Shown: one piece after another, positions 47,858 to 57,984 of the stretch
Layout: each line of letters begins with the position of its first letter
Position numbering within the stretch: the stretch's first letter is position 1
Translations under genes and position numbers: made by a program
Source of the DNA: Myxococcales bacterium
GTDB lineage: Bacteria > Myxococcota_A > Polyangia > Polyangiales > DASUME01
Length of the DNA stretch: 64,000 nucleotides
NCBI GenBank assembly: GCA_047601445.1
Contig: JASGJH010000001.1
Span: 8,768,001 to 8,832,000, forward strand
Direction: 5' to 3'
The notes under the pieces: model-generated
Told to the model about the DNA's origin: nothing
Seen by the model: only the letters and a program-made list of their open reading frames with translations
Databases searched by the model: none

Positions 47858-49923
47858 CTCGCGTCGGAGCGCTGCAGCGGGACCGGCGAGGGGCAGCGTT
47901 GGTGTTCGGAATCTTCTTCGCGGTGTTCCTGGTGGCGTGTGTATTCAAGCTCCACGGACTGACCCAGGTCATCCTCTATCGCCAGGCGGTCCAGGATGCG
48001 GCTGACGCGTCGGCGTTTGCGGCCGCCGTGGTGAATGCGCGCGGAATGAACCTGATCGCGCTGATCAACATGACCATGGCCGCCGTGCTCTCGGTGCTGG
48101 TCGGGCTGCGGCTGGCCCAGACGCTGTGCGTGATCGGGCTCTCCCTCTGCGTCGCCTTGGCTTACCCGACGATGGGCAATTCTCTCGCCTATGTTCCGTC
48201 GCTCACGACCGCTACACGCAACCTCAAGAAGGTCACCAAGAAGGTGAAAAAGGTGGTGCCCAAGATCCTCGCGTCGCTGCACACGGCGGGCAAGGCCGTG
48301 TCCGTGGTCATCCCGCTCGGCGCCAACGCCCGTGTGCTCGAGGTGGCCATCCAACAGCACAATCAAAAGCTGGGCGTGGCGTTGCCGGGGCGCTTCACGC
48401 TGCCGGTGCAGGACGGGCAGTTCATCGATCTGTGTCGGCACGCGGGGCAGCTCGCGGGAGAGGTCGCCATGCTGCCCATTTCTCCCTTCGTGGGCGGCAA
48501 GGTCGAGGAGGGCATCGCCCATGCGGCCGGGGCGATCGCGCAAGCGGCTCCCGACTGGTTCTGCGGCAAGCAAGCCAAGGGCAAAAAGCCCGATCTGGAT
48601 CCAGGTGGCGCGTTCGATCCCATCGACTTGCCGGTGTTGCCACGGCAGAAAGCGTGCAACGACACCGTGGGCAAGTACCAGGCGGTCGACGAGCTGAGCG
48701 ACGAGCAGCAGGCCGAGGTGGATCAGACATGCGGCGCGGCAGCCGTGGAGTATTTGGCGTCTTCGCCGGGCCAAGACGGACGATCTCGCGACGGAGAGAG
48801 GCTGTGCCCCGTGGATTGCAAGACCAGGCCACGCTCGGCCTGTCCACCGAACGATGTGGAGTTGTGCGACCAAGCCCAGGCCATCGAAGTCGACGGTCAG
48901 GCCGCGCGCAGCGGTCAGTCCAGCATCGTTCCGGGAGGCTCGGCGAGTCCCTATGGTCAACGCTTGGGGCTCGCCCATGCGCAGTGCGACCCCGCGTCGC
49001 CGCACGGCTATGCGCTCGGTGGGTTTGCCTGGGTCGAGCAGCTGGTGACGTACCAATACGTTTGGGACCCGGCGCGTCGAGCATTCGTGCGCGACCCTGC
49101 CGTGCAGGTACTCCATCCCAAGACCGAGCTCGTTCGACTCAAGGACGAAGACCGCAGCCAGCCCTGCGGTCCTCACGGAGTGGTCGGTGATCCATACGGC
49201 ACAGACCCGACCAACGTATGCGAGGACGACGGACGCTGCTCGGACAGTTCGGGCACGGCGCTCTCGAGTGGACCCTGCGCTTCACCTTTCAACACCAAGA
49301 GCTACTGGCAGACCCATCGGCGCGTCGTGGGCATCCTGCGCTGCGTCGAGCTTCGCCCGCATCAAGAGGTCGAGACGCCCGATATCGATCTCGATCAGGA
49401 ACTCCAGAGCTCGAAGAAGAAGGGGCAGAACACTTCGCCCTTCGAGCTCGACAAGGACGCGTGGTTGGGTGGTAGCGACTTTCAGCTGCGCGCCATCGTG
49501 GTCGGGAACGACCCCGGGATCAGTGCCGGGCAACTCGTGGAGCTGGCGAGCTGGGGCGAAGACGCCGAACCACTCGACCAGGCGCTGAAGGAGATCCCCG
49601 AGCAGGTGGGCCGCCTGGGCTTGAGTCAGGGCGAATACTACTTCGACGTGGGCGAGTTCGGAGAGTACGCGGATCAGCAGAAGCAGGCGGATCGTGTCGA
49701 GTGGCTGTGGAACCAGGGCTGGGTCGCGCGCCTGCGCCCGTTCCGACTGAGCTACAAGAAAGCGGACGCACCACGCGCGAAGAAGCCCGCATACGATCCC
49801 GAGCAAGCGGCCTTTCGCGACCCCAATAAGCCTGCGATGCCCGAGCCGGGGCTCGGTGACTTCGCCGGCAAAGTAGGCTCGGATCAGCTGGAGAAATTGC
49901 TCGACCAGGGAGGCGGGCCATGA
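47854..49923 (+). CDS. TadG-like minor pilin with Cys-rich C-terminal region
   Basis: RRG|AALVF, QDAADASAFAAA...ARGMNLIALIN. Confidence 0.75.
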   Translation: MTRVGALQRDRRGAALVFGIFFAVFLVACVFKLHGLTQVILYRQAVQDAADASAFAAAVVNARGMNLIALINMTMAAVLSVLVGLRLAQTLCVIGLSLCVALAYPTMGNSLAYVPSLTTATRNLKKVTKKVKKVVPKILASLHTAGKAVSVVIPLGANARVLEVAIQQHNQKLGVALPGRFTLPVQDGQFIDLCRHAGQLAGEVAMLPISPFVGGKVEEGIAHAAGAIAQAAPDWFCGKQAKGKKPDLDPGGAFDPIDLPVLPRQKACNDTVGKYQAVDELSDEQQAEVDQTCGAAAVEYLASSPGQDGRSRDGERLCPVDCKTRPRSACPPNDVELCDQAQAIEVDGQAARSGQSSIVPGGSASPYGQRLGLAHAQCDPASPHGYALGGFAWVEQLVTYQYVWDPARRAFVRDPAVQVLHPKTELVRLKDEDRSQPCGPHGVVGDPYGTDPTNVCEDDGRCSDSSGTALSSGPCASPFNTKSYWQTHRRVVGILRCVELRPHQEVETPDIDLDQELQSSKKKGQNTSPFELDKDAWLGGSDFQLRAIVVGNDPGISAGQLVELASWGEDAEPLDQALKEIPEQVGRLGLSQGEYYFDVGEFGEYADQQKQADRVEWLWNQGWVARLRPFRLSYKKADAPRAKKPAYDPEQAAFRDPNKPAMPEPGLGDFAGKVGSDQLEKLLDQGGGP

Positions 49924-50459
49924 AGCGCAGCCCGAGGCGGAAGCTCGGTGTGGTGAGCGTGGAGATCGTGGTGATGCTGCCGGTCTTCGTGGCTCTGTTG
50001 GGGGCCGTCATCTACTTGCACCAGCGGGCGCTTGCGGTTCAGGCAGCGAGCCTGGCCGCGCGGACCTGCGCGTGGACCTACGCCCTGAAGGGCTGCGAAA
50101 TGCCCATGCCGAAGGTCTGCGATCGGAAGCTGCTCGGTAGCTCCAAGGGCTGGCGCGTCTCGCTTCCGGGTAGTCAGGTCGAGTTCAGCGCCGATGGGGT
50201 CGACTTCCACGGCAGTTACTTCGACATGATCGCGGAGATCCCGGTGTTCGGAGCGGCCGTCAAATCGGTGTTCGGCGTCGGTGAGCGGATCTACGCCACC
50301 AAGCAGACACCCCAATTCATGCGTTCGGGCAAAGAGACCGTGGAGGCCAGCATGTACGTCCTCTGCAACACACGGGCGGAGACTTGGACGAACAACATGG
50401 GTCAGCTCTTCGACCAGCTCAAGGACTGCAGCGACAAGAAGGGACGCCTATGCAACTGA
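49920..50459 (+). CDS. TadE-like minor pilin
   Basis: KLG|VVSVEIVVMLP, AARTCAW. Confidence 0.7.
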   Translation: MKRSPRRKLGVVSVEIVVMLPVFVALLGAVIYLHQRALAVQAASLAARTCAWTYALKGCEMPMPKVCDRKLLGSSKGWRVSLPGSQVEFSADGVDFHGSYFDMIAEIPVFGAAVKSVFGVGERIYATKQTPQFMRSGKETVEASMYVLCNTRAETWTNNMGQLFDQLKDCSDKKGRLCN

Positions 50460-51364
50460 TGCTCCGCAGGATTCTGCTCGCGAGTCTGCTCGGTGGTGTT
50501 CTGCCAGGCCTTGGGCTCGCTCACGCAACGTCCGAGCTGGAGGCGTCGCTGCTGGAGCGGACGCGAAGTTTGTTCGAGCTCGCTCCTCATTGGCAGCGAG
50601 TTCCACCGCGCGTCCTGCTAGTCAACGGAGCACGGCTTGTGTTGGCCACCGGACGCAGCGAGCAGCCGCTCTCCGCCATGCTGGACCACTTTCAAGCACA
50701 CTGTCGCGCCGAGAGCGGCGGGCTTCATCAAGCTGCGCGCGCAGTTTATCGGTCAGCGAGGAAAGACCTGCCCTCCCTGATTGACGGCGTGCTGCGAGTC
50801 GAAGAAGAAAAAGAGGGGCTCGTTGCTTGCCTGGCGCTGGGGGCCAAACTCAGTCCACGCGAGCTTTTGGCACGTCTCGAGCGCTTCGGGGAGCACGCGG
50901 ATCTGCAGGAGCTCGGCGGACTGCGGGTGGTACGGGTGCGGCGGGTGGACGAAGGGAGCTTCTTCGTGGCGACCTGGAACGAGGGGCCCTTGCCGCTAGC
51001 AGACATGTTTCCAGAGCAGGGAGATAGTCCGGGCGACGAGCCGCCGGATGTCCCGCGCCCCAGGCAAGCGCGACGCCTACTGAGCGCGTGGCAAGAAGGG
51101 AGGCCGTCGGGGGTCTACGTGTACTCGGTGTCGGCAGCGCGCGATGCCGTGTTCGAGTCGTATGTCGCGGAGCTCGAGCGTGGCGGTTGGCGCCTGCAGG
51201 ACGCATCGAGCCTGGTCGGCGGGGTCCCATTTCATGGCGCTGCGTTCGCGCGTGGTTCCCAGGGATTGGTCGTGCATACCCAGGCGGACGGGGAAGGGAC
51301 GTTGATCTCGGTGCTGCCCCTCGAGAGCCGACCGCGCCGTCACATCATCGGCAAACGGTTTTAG
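50450..51364 (+). CDS. Hypothetical exported protein in the Tad locus
   Basis: Signal peptide; overlaps the upstream gene. Confidence 0.6.
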   Translation: MQLMLRRILLASLLGGVLPGLGLAHATSELEASLLERTRSLFELAPHWQRVPPRVLLVNGARLVLATGRSEQPLSAMLDHFQAHCRAESGGLHQAARAVYRSARKDLPSLIDGVLRVEEEKEGLVACLALGAKLSPRELLARLERFGEHADLQELGGLRVVRVRRVDEGSFFVATWNEGPLPLADMFPEQGDSPGDEPPDVPRPRQARRLLSAWQEGRPSGVYVYSVSAARDAVFESYVAELERGGWRLQDASSLVGGVPFHGAAFARGSQGLVVHTQADGEGTLISVLPLESRPRRHIIGKRF

Positions 51365-51423
51365 ACGCAACCCTGGGCTCCTCTGGCCGATACGTCACCC
51401 GGTTAAACAAAGCGAGGCATTCC

Positions 51424-52134
51424 ATGAGTCGGCAGGCGATGGCCGCGACGGCGTTGATTGCGACGGCAGGCGCCCTGGCCTTCCACTTCTACCTGCGCCG
51501 GTTCGAGCTCGAGATGGCAGGGGGCGAACCGCGGCCGGTCCTGATCACCACTTCGGACCTGACCCTCGGCCAAGTCATCACGCGCTCGACGCTGGATGCG
51601 AAGGATGTTCCCGAGAGCTACGTCGAAGAGCGCCATATCCTGGCCAACGATTTGGAGCGCGTGCTGGGGGCACGGGTGACGTCGGCGATTCCTGGTGGTG
51701 GAGCGTTGCTGTGGACGGACCTCGACACCATGCAGGATGGTCGCACCCTTTCCGGCCTGGTTCGTGTCGGCATGCGTGGCTACGCCCTGAGCGAGCGTGA
51801 CGCGAGCTTCGATGGTCTGCTGCGCCCCGGGGACCGCGTCGATGTCGTGTTCATCGAAGCCGAGACCCGTGAGGAGGCGACCACGCTCTTGACCAACGTA
51901 CTCGTGCTCACCGTAGGAGCAGACTTGGGAGACGAGGGACACGGCGCCGCGCGCGAGGCGGGGCGCGTCACCTTGAGCGTGACACCCGAACAAGCCGCTT
52001 TGCTAGCGCTGCGCGAAGGGGTAGGGCGGATCCGACTCACATTGCGCAATCCGCAGGATGCGGTGGTCCACAAACCATCGGCGAACGTGAGTGCGGCGCT
52101 GACGCCGCCGGGAGGCGATCATGGCGGCAACTAG
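51424..52134 (+). CDS. cpaB: Flp pilus assembly protein CpaB/RcpC
   Basis: TM + SAF domain, GMRGYAL, LRPGDRVDV, VTLSVTPEQA, LTLRNPQD. Confidence 0.88.
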   Translation: MSRQAMAATALIATAGALAFHFYLRRFELEMAGGEPRPVLITTSDLTLGQVITRSTLDAKDVPESYVEERHILANDLERVLGARVTSAIPGGGALLWTDLDTMQDGRTLSGLVRVGMRGYALSERDASFDGLLRPGDRVDVVFIEAETREEATTLLTNVLVLTVGADLGDEGHGAAREAGRVTLSVTPEQAALLALREGVGRIRLTLRNPQDAVVHKPSANVSAALTPPGGDHGGN

Positions 52135-53743
52135 AGGCCGTGGCTACGCGCTGGCGGTGCACGTGCGGGCCGCCAGGTTCGACGAGCTGCTGATGCTCGC
52201 ATTGGGGGACACGGAGCTCGTGTTTGGACGCGGACCGGACTGCGACGTGGTGTTGCCTTCCAAGGCGGTCTCTCGTCGACACGTGACCATCGCGTGGAAA
52301 CATGGCGCACTCTCCGCGCAGGACCTGTCTTCCCACGGCACCTGGGTCGATGGAACGCGGGTGCAAGGCGGTCGCGTGGTCCTTGGAGAACGCTGCGACC
52401 TCGAAGTGGGCCCGTACCGCCTCGAACTCAAGTTGGTTCGTCCTGCCGCGGGCGCTCCCGAGCTCGCGCCGCCTGCCGTCGGTGAGGTTTCGATTCAGGC
52501 GCGCCGGGCCTTGCGCTCGGCGGTGCTCGAAGGGCTCGACCTCCTGACGCTCGACCGCAGTCAGATGGATCGGAACACGTTGGGGCCCGCCGTGCACGAG
52601 GCCCTGGAGCGAGCCGCCGCCAGTATGGGAGAAGGACTTCCGCGGGGACCCGCCCTGCAAGCCCTGCTCCGTGAACTCGCCGATGAGGTGCTCGGCTTGG
52701 GGCCGCTCGAGCCGCTGTTGGCGGATCCCTCGGTGAGTGAGATCATGGTGGTGGACCCCGAGACCATCTACGTAGAACGCGACGGGCGCATCCAGCTCTC
52801 GGCGTCTCGCTTTACGGACGATCAAGCGGTGCGTTCGGTCCTCGAGCGCATCGTCACCCCGCTTGGGCGACGGGTCGACGAATCCCAACCGATGGTCGAT
52901 GCGCGCCTCCCGGACGGCTCCCGCGTCAACGCCGTGATTCCGCCGCTGGCCTTGAAGGGCGCTGCCATCACGATTCGGCGCTTCTCCAGGCATCCGATCA
53001 CCATCGAGCGGCTGGTTTCTTTGGGGGCGATGAGCGAGGAGATGGCCGTCTTCCTCGAGCGCTCGGTGCAGGTGCGCGTGAACATGGTGATCGCGGGCGG
53101 CACGGGTTCGGGAAAGACCACGCTGCTCAACGTGCTCTCCGCGGCGATTCCTGATTCGGAGCGCGTCGTGACCATCGAAGACGCTGCGGAGCTCTCGCTG
53201 CGCCAGCGGCACGTCGTGTCGCTCGAGAGTCGACCTCCCAACATGGAGGGGCAGGGTGCCGTGAGCATCCGCGATCTCGTGCGCAACGCCCTGCGCATGC
53301 GACCCGACCGCATCGTGGTGGGGGAATGCAGAGGGGGGGAGGCACTCGACATGCTGCAGGCCATGAACACGGGGCACGACGGGTCGATGACGACCACCCA
53401 CGCCAACAGTCCGAGAGAGGCCGTGCAGCGCCTCGAGACCTTGTGCCTGATGTCGGGCATCGACCTTCCGTTGGCGGCGATCCGGCGACAAATCGCGGGT
53501 AGCGTGAACCTGTTGCTGCAGCAGGCACGTTTTAGCGATGGATCGCGGCGCATCACCCACGTGACCGAGGTGGCAGGGCTCTCGGATGATGGCGAGCTCG
53601 AGCTGCGGGACGTCTTTCGCTTCGAGCCCGCGCGCAGCGGGCGCTCCGGCAAGCTGGAGGGCGTGTTCGTGGCCACGGGTGTCATCCCCAACTTCGTCGA
53701 TCGCTTCGTCACGCGGGGACTGTCGCTGGGTGGGCTATGGTGA
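52121..53743 (+). CDS. cpaF: FHA-fused CpaF/TadA ATPase
   Basis: N-terminal FHA (FGRG...SRRH...HGT); GGTGSGKTT, RMRPDRIVVGECR, NTGHDGSMTTTHAN. Confidence 0.93.
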   Translation: MAATRGRGYALAVHVRAARFDELLMLALGDTELVFGRGPDCDVVLPSKAVSRRHVTIAWKHGALSAQDLSSHGTWVDGTRVQGGRVVLGERCDLEVGPYRLELKLVRPAAGAPELAPPAVGEVSIQARRALRSAVLEGLDLLTLDRSQMDRNTLGPAVHEALERAAASMGEGLPRGPALQALLRELADEVLGLGPLEPLLADPSVSEIMVVDPETIYVERDGRIQLSASRFTDDQAVRSVLERIVTPLGRRVDESQPMVDARLPDGSRVNAVIPPLALKGAAITIRRFSRHPITIERLVSLGAMSEEMAVFLERSVQVRVNMVIAGGTGSGKTTLLNVLSAAIPDSERVVTIEDAAELSLRQRHVVSLESRPPNMEGQGAVSIRDLVRNALRMRPDRIVVGECRGGEALDMLQAMNTGHDGSMTTTHANSPREAVQRLETLCLMSGIDLPLAAIRRQIAGSVNLLLQQARFSDGSRRITHVTEVAGLSDDGELELRDVFRFEPARSGRSGKLEGVFVATGVIPNFVDRFVTRGLSLGGLW

Positions 53744-54606
53744 CGACTCCTCCCTCTGTGCTCGCGCTCTTGCGTCTCGCCAGTGTGCTCGGCGTAGGTG
53801 GCGCTGGTTGCGCGTTCGCGCTGTTTACCGTGCGAGCCTACCTGGTCGTGGCGCGGCGCAAGCTCGCCGCCTACCACGACGCCCTTGTCCGAGAATGCTC
53901 CTTTCTCCGACTCGCCATCGCGCCGCGCCACCTGCTGTTCGGACAGGCGGCTTTGGTGGCGCTCGCGCTCCTCGCCCTGGCGCTCGGTAATCCGCTGGCG
54001 GCGTCGGTGGTGGTGCTTCCTGCGCTATGCCTGCAGCCCGTGCTCGGCATGCGTCGAGCTCGCCGCATCGCGGAGCTCGAGAGCCAGTTGGACGCCTGGC
54101 TACGGGGCTTGGCCGCGGCCCTGCGAGCTACTCCGGCGCTCGGCGACGCGCTCGAGTACAGCCTCGGGTTGGTCGCGAGTCCCCTGCGTGACGAGCTCGA
54201 GACCCTGGTGAAGGAGCACAAACTCGGCACGCCGCTGGACGAAGGGCTGACCCGCATGGGACGGCGCATCGGAAGTCGCAGTCTACAGACGGCGCTCGCC
54301 ACTTTGCGCATCGGTCTGCGCACGGGGGAGATATCTCGCGGATCTCTGGAGCGCTCGGCCAGCACCCTGCGCGAAATGGCGCGTCTCGAGGGCGTAGTTC
54401 GTGTGAAGACAGCCGAAGGCAAGGCCCAGGGCTTCGTGCTGGCGCTCTTGCCGCTACCCATGGTGGCTTTGTTTCGATACGTGAATCCCACTTATCTGCT
54501 GCCATTGATAGAAGAACCTCGCGGTCACTTGGTCATGGGCTGCGCGTTCCTGTGTTGGTTCTCGTCCCTCGTGCTGACCAGGAGGATCCTCGATGTCGAT
54601 CTTTGA
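53737..54606 (+). CDS. tadB: TadB-like platform protein
   Basis: T2SS-F-like domain, KTAEGKAQ followed by two TMs. Confidence 0.82.
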   Translation: MVTTPPSVLALLRLASVLGVGGAGCAFALFTVRAYLVVARRKLAAYHDALVRECSFLRLAIAPRHLLFGQAALVALALLALALGNPLAASVVVLPALCLQPVLGMRRARRIAELESQLDAWLRGLAAALRATPALGDALEYSLGLVASPLRDELETLVKEHKLGTPLDEGLTRMGRRIGSRSLQTALATLRIGLRTGEISRGSLERSASTLREMARLEGVVRVKTAEGKAQGFVLALLPLPMVALFRYVNPTYLLPLIEEPRGHLVMGCAFLCWFSSLVLTRRILDVDL

Positions 54607-55504
54607 GCTCCCCTCGAGTCTGTTCTGGCTACGTGGGGCTGTTCTGTTGGCCGTCGTTGTGTGCCTCGGCCTCTTGGCTGCACCCATGGTGCGCATCCCG
54701 GCGCTGCCGATCCCGCGCTTCGGCCTGCGCGGCAAGCGGCGGCTCCTGGCGCGCTCGGACCGTGCATTCCGTTGCCTCGAGGTCTGGACCCGCCACGTCG
54801 GGGCCTGGCTGGCGCACGTGCCTGCCGAGCAGCTGCGCAGCCGGATCTCCTCGCTTGCGCTGCACGCGGGCTTGCCCATGGGGTTGTGCGCGGACGAGTG
54901 GTTGGCGCTCTCCCTGCTTTCTTTCCTGGGATTGGGGTGCGGCGGCGGGTGGTTGGTGGCGCGTGCCGGGATGGACATTTGGTGGCAGCTCAGCGTGCTC
55001 GGCTTGGCCGCCGTGATGCCCGTGATGCGGCTCCGGCAGGCCGCCACGGAGCGAGCCAAACAGCTCGAACGCAGCCTGCCCAACGCGATCGACCTTTGCG
55101 TGCTGTGCATGGGAGCTGGCGCGGACTTTCCCGCCGCGCTCCGCTTCGTGGTGGCCGAGATGGGCGCCGCCCACGCGGCCTGTCGAGAGGAGCTAGCCCA
55201 TGTGCTCGATGAGCTTGCGCTTGGTCGCACCCGTGTGGAGTCGCTTACGGCGCTCGCGCAGCGCACCGACAGCTGCGCCATTCGCGACTTCGTCGCAGCG
55301 GTGTGCCAGTCGGACATCAAGGGCACGCCCCTGGTGAGCGCACTCGACATTCAGGCGGGCACGTTACGGCAGCGACGCAGTGTGCTCGCCGAGGAGGCGG
55401 CTGCCAAGGCCGGGGTACGCCTGATGCTGCCGATGATGCTGATGGTGGTCTGCGTCTTGTTGATCGTGATTGGGCCGTTCATCGTGACCGGGATGGGCAT
55501 GTGA
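54593..55504 (+). CDS. tadC: TadC-like platform protein
   Basis: LPNAIDL...GAG, GTPL...AEEAAAKAGVRLMLP. Confidence 0.88.
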   Translation: MSIFELPSSLFWLRGAVLLAVVVCLGLLAAPMVRIPALPIPRFGLRGKRRLLARSDRAFRCLEVWTRHVGAWLAHVPAEQLRSRISSLALHAGLPMGLCADEWLALSLLSFLGLGCGGGWLVARAGMDIWWQLSVLGLAAVMPVMRLRQAATERAKQLERSLPNAIDLCVLCMGAGADFPAALRFVVAEMGAAHAACREELAHVLDELALGRTRVESLTALAQRTDSCAIRDFVAAVCQSDIKGTPLVSALDIQAGTLRQRRSVLAEEAAAKAGVRLMLPMMLMVVCVLLIVIGPFIVTGMGM

Positions 55505-56082
55505 GCACGGAGACGACGAAGAATAGGGGGATCGCGCCCATGCGGGGGGCGTTGCTCGTGCTCCTGGCCCTGCTCGTGCTGTCGCTGAGCTTGCTGGAGC
55601 GCGGGGAGCCGCTGGCGCAACGAGCCGACGCGCTCGACGTTTCGCCGCTGCCGGAGCAGGCGCCCGCGTGCCAGGTTTCTCGCCGCGAGGCACAGACTCG
55701 TGCGCAGTGGCTCGCAGCCGCCGCGGACGCAAGCTGGGAGCGCGTGCCCTTCGATTGCGCCGAGGCGCCCAACGCCGTGCTGCGCAGCTCGGAGGCCGAG
55801 GTCTGCTACGACATCGCTGGAGACCGGGAAGGCGTTCAACGCCTGGCGGCGAAGCGACGTAGCTTCGAGGCCGAGCTCACGCGCCGATTTCGACGCGCCA
55901 GGCTGCTCTTGGAGCTCGCCCGTCGGCGGGGCGATCTGATGGGCATGCGGCGCGAGATCACCACACTGTTGGCGCTCTCGAGCCAGACGGGACCCGCGGG
56001 GCGAGCGTACCGCTCTCTGCTCGAGCGGCTCGACCGCGCAGCCGAGGCGCAGCTGCTCGATGCGAAGAAAGGAGCCGATTGA
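55501..56082 (+). CDS. Hypothetical membrane-anchored helical protein in the Tad locus
   Basis: N-terminal TM, start overlaps the tadC stop. Confidence 0.6.
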   Translation: MSTETTKNRGIAPMRGALLVLLALLVLSLSLLERGEPLAQRADALDVSPLPEQAPACQVSRREAQTRAQWLAAAADASWERVPFDCAEAPNAVLRSSEAEVCYDIAGDREGVQRLAAKRRSFEAELTRRFRRARLLLELARRRGDLMGMRREITTLLALSSQTGPAGRAYRSLLERLDRAAEAQLLDAKKGAD

Positions 56083-56083
56083 G

Positions 56084-57154
56084 ATGGTACCCGAAAGCGT
56101 GTTCGAGCGAGCGTTGGCCAGGTTCTTCGCACCGATCGGTGCGCTCCTGGTCGATCCGAGCGTGAGCGAGGTCATGGTCAATGGTCACGACTGCGTGTTC
56201 GTAGAGCGGCGGGGCAAGCTCGAGCGGGTGCCCGAACGATTCGAGAGCGAGGCGTCGCTCATGTCGGGCCTGCGCGTGCTTTCGCAGTACGTGGGGCGGC
56301 CCTTCGATCCCGAGCACCCAATTCTCGAAGCGCGCTTGCCCGACGGGTCGCGAGTCGAGGCGGTCATGGGGCACCTGGCCAAGGGAGGCACGCACGTCGC
56401 CATCCGGCGCTTCGCGCGCGACCGGCTCGACATCGCGCAGCTCGTGGCCTCGGGCAGTCTGAGTGAGGACGCCGCGGAGTTTCTGCGGGACCTGGTCGTC
56501 CGCAAGTTCAACATCCTGGTCGCTGGCGGCACGGGCACGGGCAAGACGTCTCTGCTGAACGTGCTCACGGCCTTCGTGCCGGCCTCCGAGCGGGTCGTGG
56601 TGCTCGAAGACTCCAGGGAGCTGCAACCGCGCGGCGGGCACACAGTACAGCTGGAGGCTCGCCCGGCCGACGAACGCGGCAAGGGCGCGGTGAGCATTCG
56701 CGGGCTCTTCAAGGCCACCCTGCGCTTGCGACCCGACCGCATTGTGCTGGGAGAAATCCGCGACGGCGCCGCACTCGATCTGCTGCAGGCGATGACCTCG
56801 GGCCACGGCGGGTGCCTCGCGACCCTGCATGCCAGCCACCCCCGCGATGCGCTCTCGCGCCTCGAGACCATGGCGTTGATGGCCGACGTGGAGCTGCCAC
56901 TCAGTGCGCTTCGAGCACAGATCGCGTCGGCCGTCGACGTGGTCGTGCAGCTCGAGCGGTTGCGGAACGGGCAGCGTGTCGTGACGCATGTTTCGCAAAC
57001 GGAGCCGCTCGACATGCAAGGCCGCTACGTGCTGCGGGACTTGTTCGTGCGCCAGGGACAGCTCCGGAGGACCGGTATTTCGTTGCTAGATGCAGGGCGC
57101 TTCCACGAGGAGCACGAGACCTCGGCGTGTTTTTCCGAGCGGGGGAGTCCATGA
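56084..57154 (+). CDS. Second CpaF/TadA ATPase without N-terminal extension
   Basis: GGTGTGKTS, RLRPDRIVLGEIR, GHGGCLATLHA. Confidence 0.92.
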   Translation: MVPESVFERALARFFAPIGALLVDPSVSEVMVNGHDCVFVERRGKLERVPERFESEASLMSGLRVLSQYVGRPFDPEHPILEARLPDGSRVEAVMGHLAKGGTHVAIRRFARDRLDIAQLVASGSLSEDAAEFLRDLVVRKFNILVAGGTGTGKTSLLNVLTAFVPASERVVVLEDSRELQPRGGHTVQLEARPADERGKGAVSIRGLFKATLRLRPDRIVLGEIRDGAALDLLQAMTSGHGGCLATLHASHPRDALSRLETMALMADVELPLSALRAQIASAVDVVVQLERLRNGQRVVTHVSQTEPLDMQGRYVLRDLFVRQGQLRRTGISLLDAGRFHEEHETSACFSERGSP

Positions 57155-57984
57155 GAAGCGACGACCCCGAAACCAAGCTGCTGCGGATCTCGGAGCTAAG
57201 CGAGCATCTCGCTCGAACTCGCAAGCGCGCAGAGGATCCAGGCGGTACCTCCACGCGCTTGAGCATCGACATGGACGAGGTAGGAAAGCCCGTTCTGGGT
57301 GGCGTAGAGGGTCCTGGCTCGGAGAACGAGCCGGCCCCGATTGGCGAGACCAGGGAGGTGCCGCAGCAAACGCCACGCGGTATCGCAGCAGGGGCCAGGG
57401 CTTGCTCGGACACGGCCATGACACTGGTTTTTCAGCGTGCCGATCTACGGCCCCCCCCTGCGCGGACCAGGCGGAGGCCAAGCGCGAGGAGGGGTGTGTC
57501 ATGGTTGGTGCGGATAGGTGCACTCGGGCTGGCTTTCTACCTCCTGCTGCCCGTTTTTCAGGGGACGTTGGTGGCAAGCCGTGAAGTCACCGAAGCGGCG
57601 AAATCCGCCGACGTCGGGTCGTCCAACGAGCGCCCGCCCGAGGTCATTCAGCCTTCGCTGCTCGTCACGCCGAAGGACCATGTCGCCTCGATCGAAAGTC
57701 CCGCGTCGGCTGGCAGTTCTGTCCCCATCGGCGCGGCCGCCTCCCAGGACAAGATCAGCTCGCCCATGGACAGCGTGGCCGCGGACGGGTCAAACGAGTC
57801 TGAGGCTGGACACCTGCGCGCCGCGGTGGACTTGCTGTTGTCTGGTGACACGCGGGGGGCGCTCGACGGCTACCGTGGGCTCCTGGCGCGCCGCAAGGGC
57901 TCGCCCGAATTCGCTCTGGCCGTGCGCATTCTCGAGCGAGAGGTGGTCCGGTGCGCGGGCGGAGGTTCCGCATGTACGCGCTGA
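57151..57984 (+). CDS. Hypothetical bitopic membrane protein
   Basis: Disordered N-terminus, central TM, helical C-terminus; overlaps both neighbours. Confidence 0.55.
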   Translation: MRSDDPETKLLRISELSEHLARTRKRAEDPGGTSTRLSIDMDEVGKPVLGGVEGPGSENEPAPIGETREVPQQTPRGIAAGARACSDTAMTLVFQRADLRPPPARTRRRPSARRGVSWLVRIGALGLAFYLLLPVFQGTLVASREVTEAAKSADVGSSNERPPEVIQPSLLVTPKDHVASIESPASAGSSVPIGAAASQDKISSPMDSVAADGSNESEAGHLRAAVDLLLSGDTRGALDGYRGLLARRKGSPEFALAVRILEREVVRCAGGGSACTR

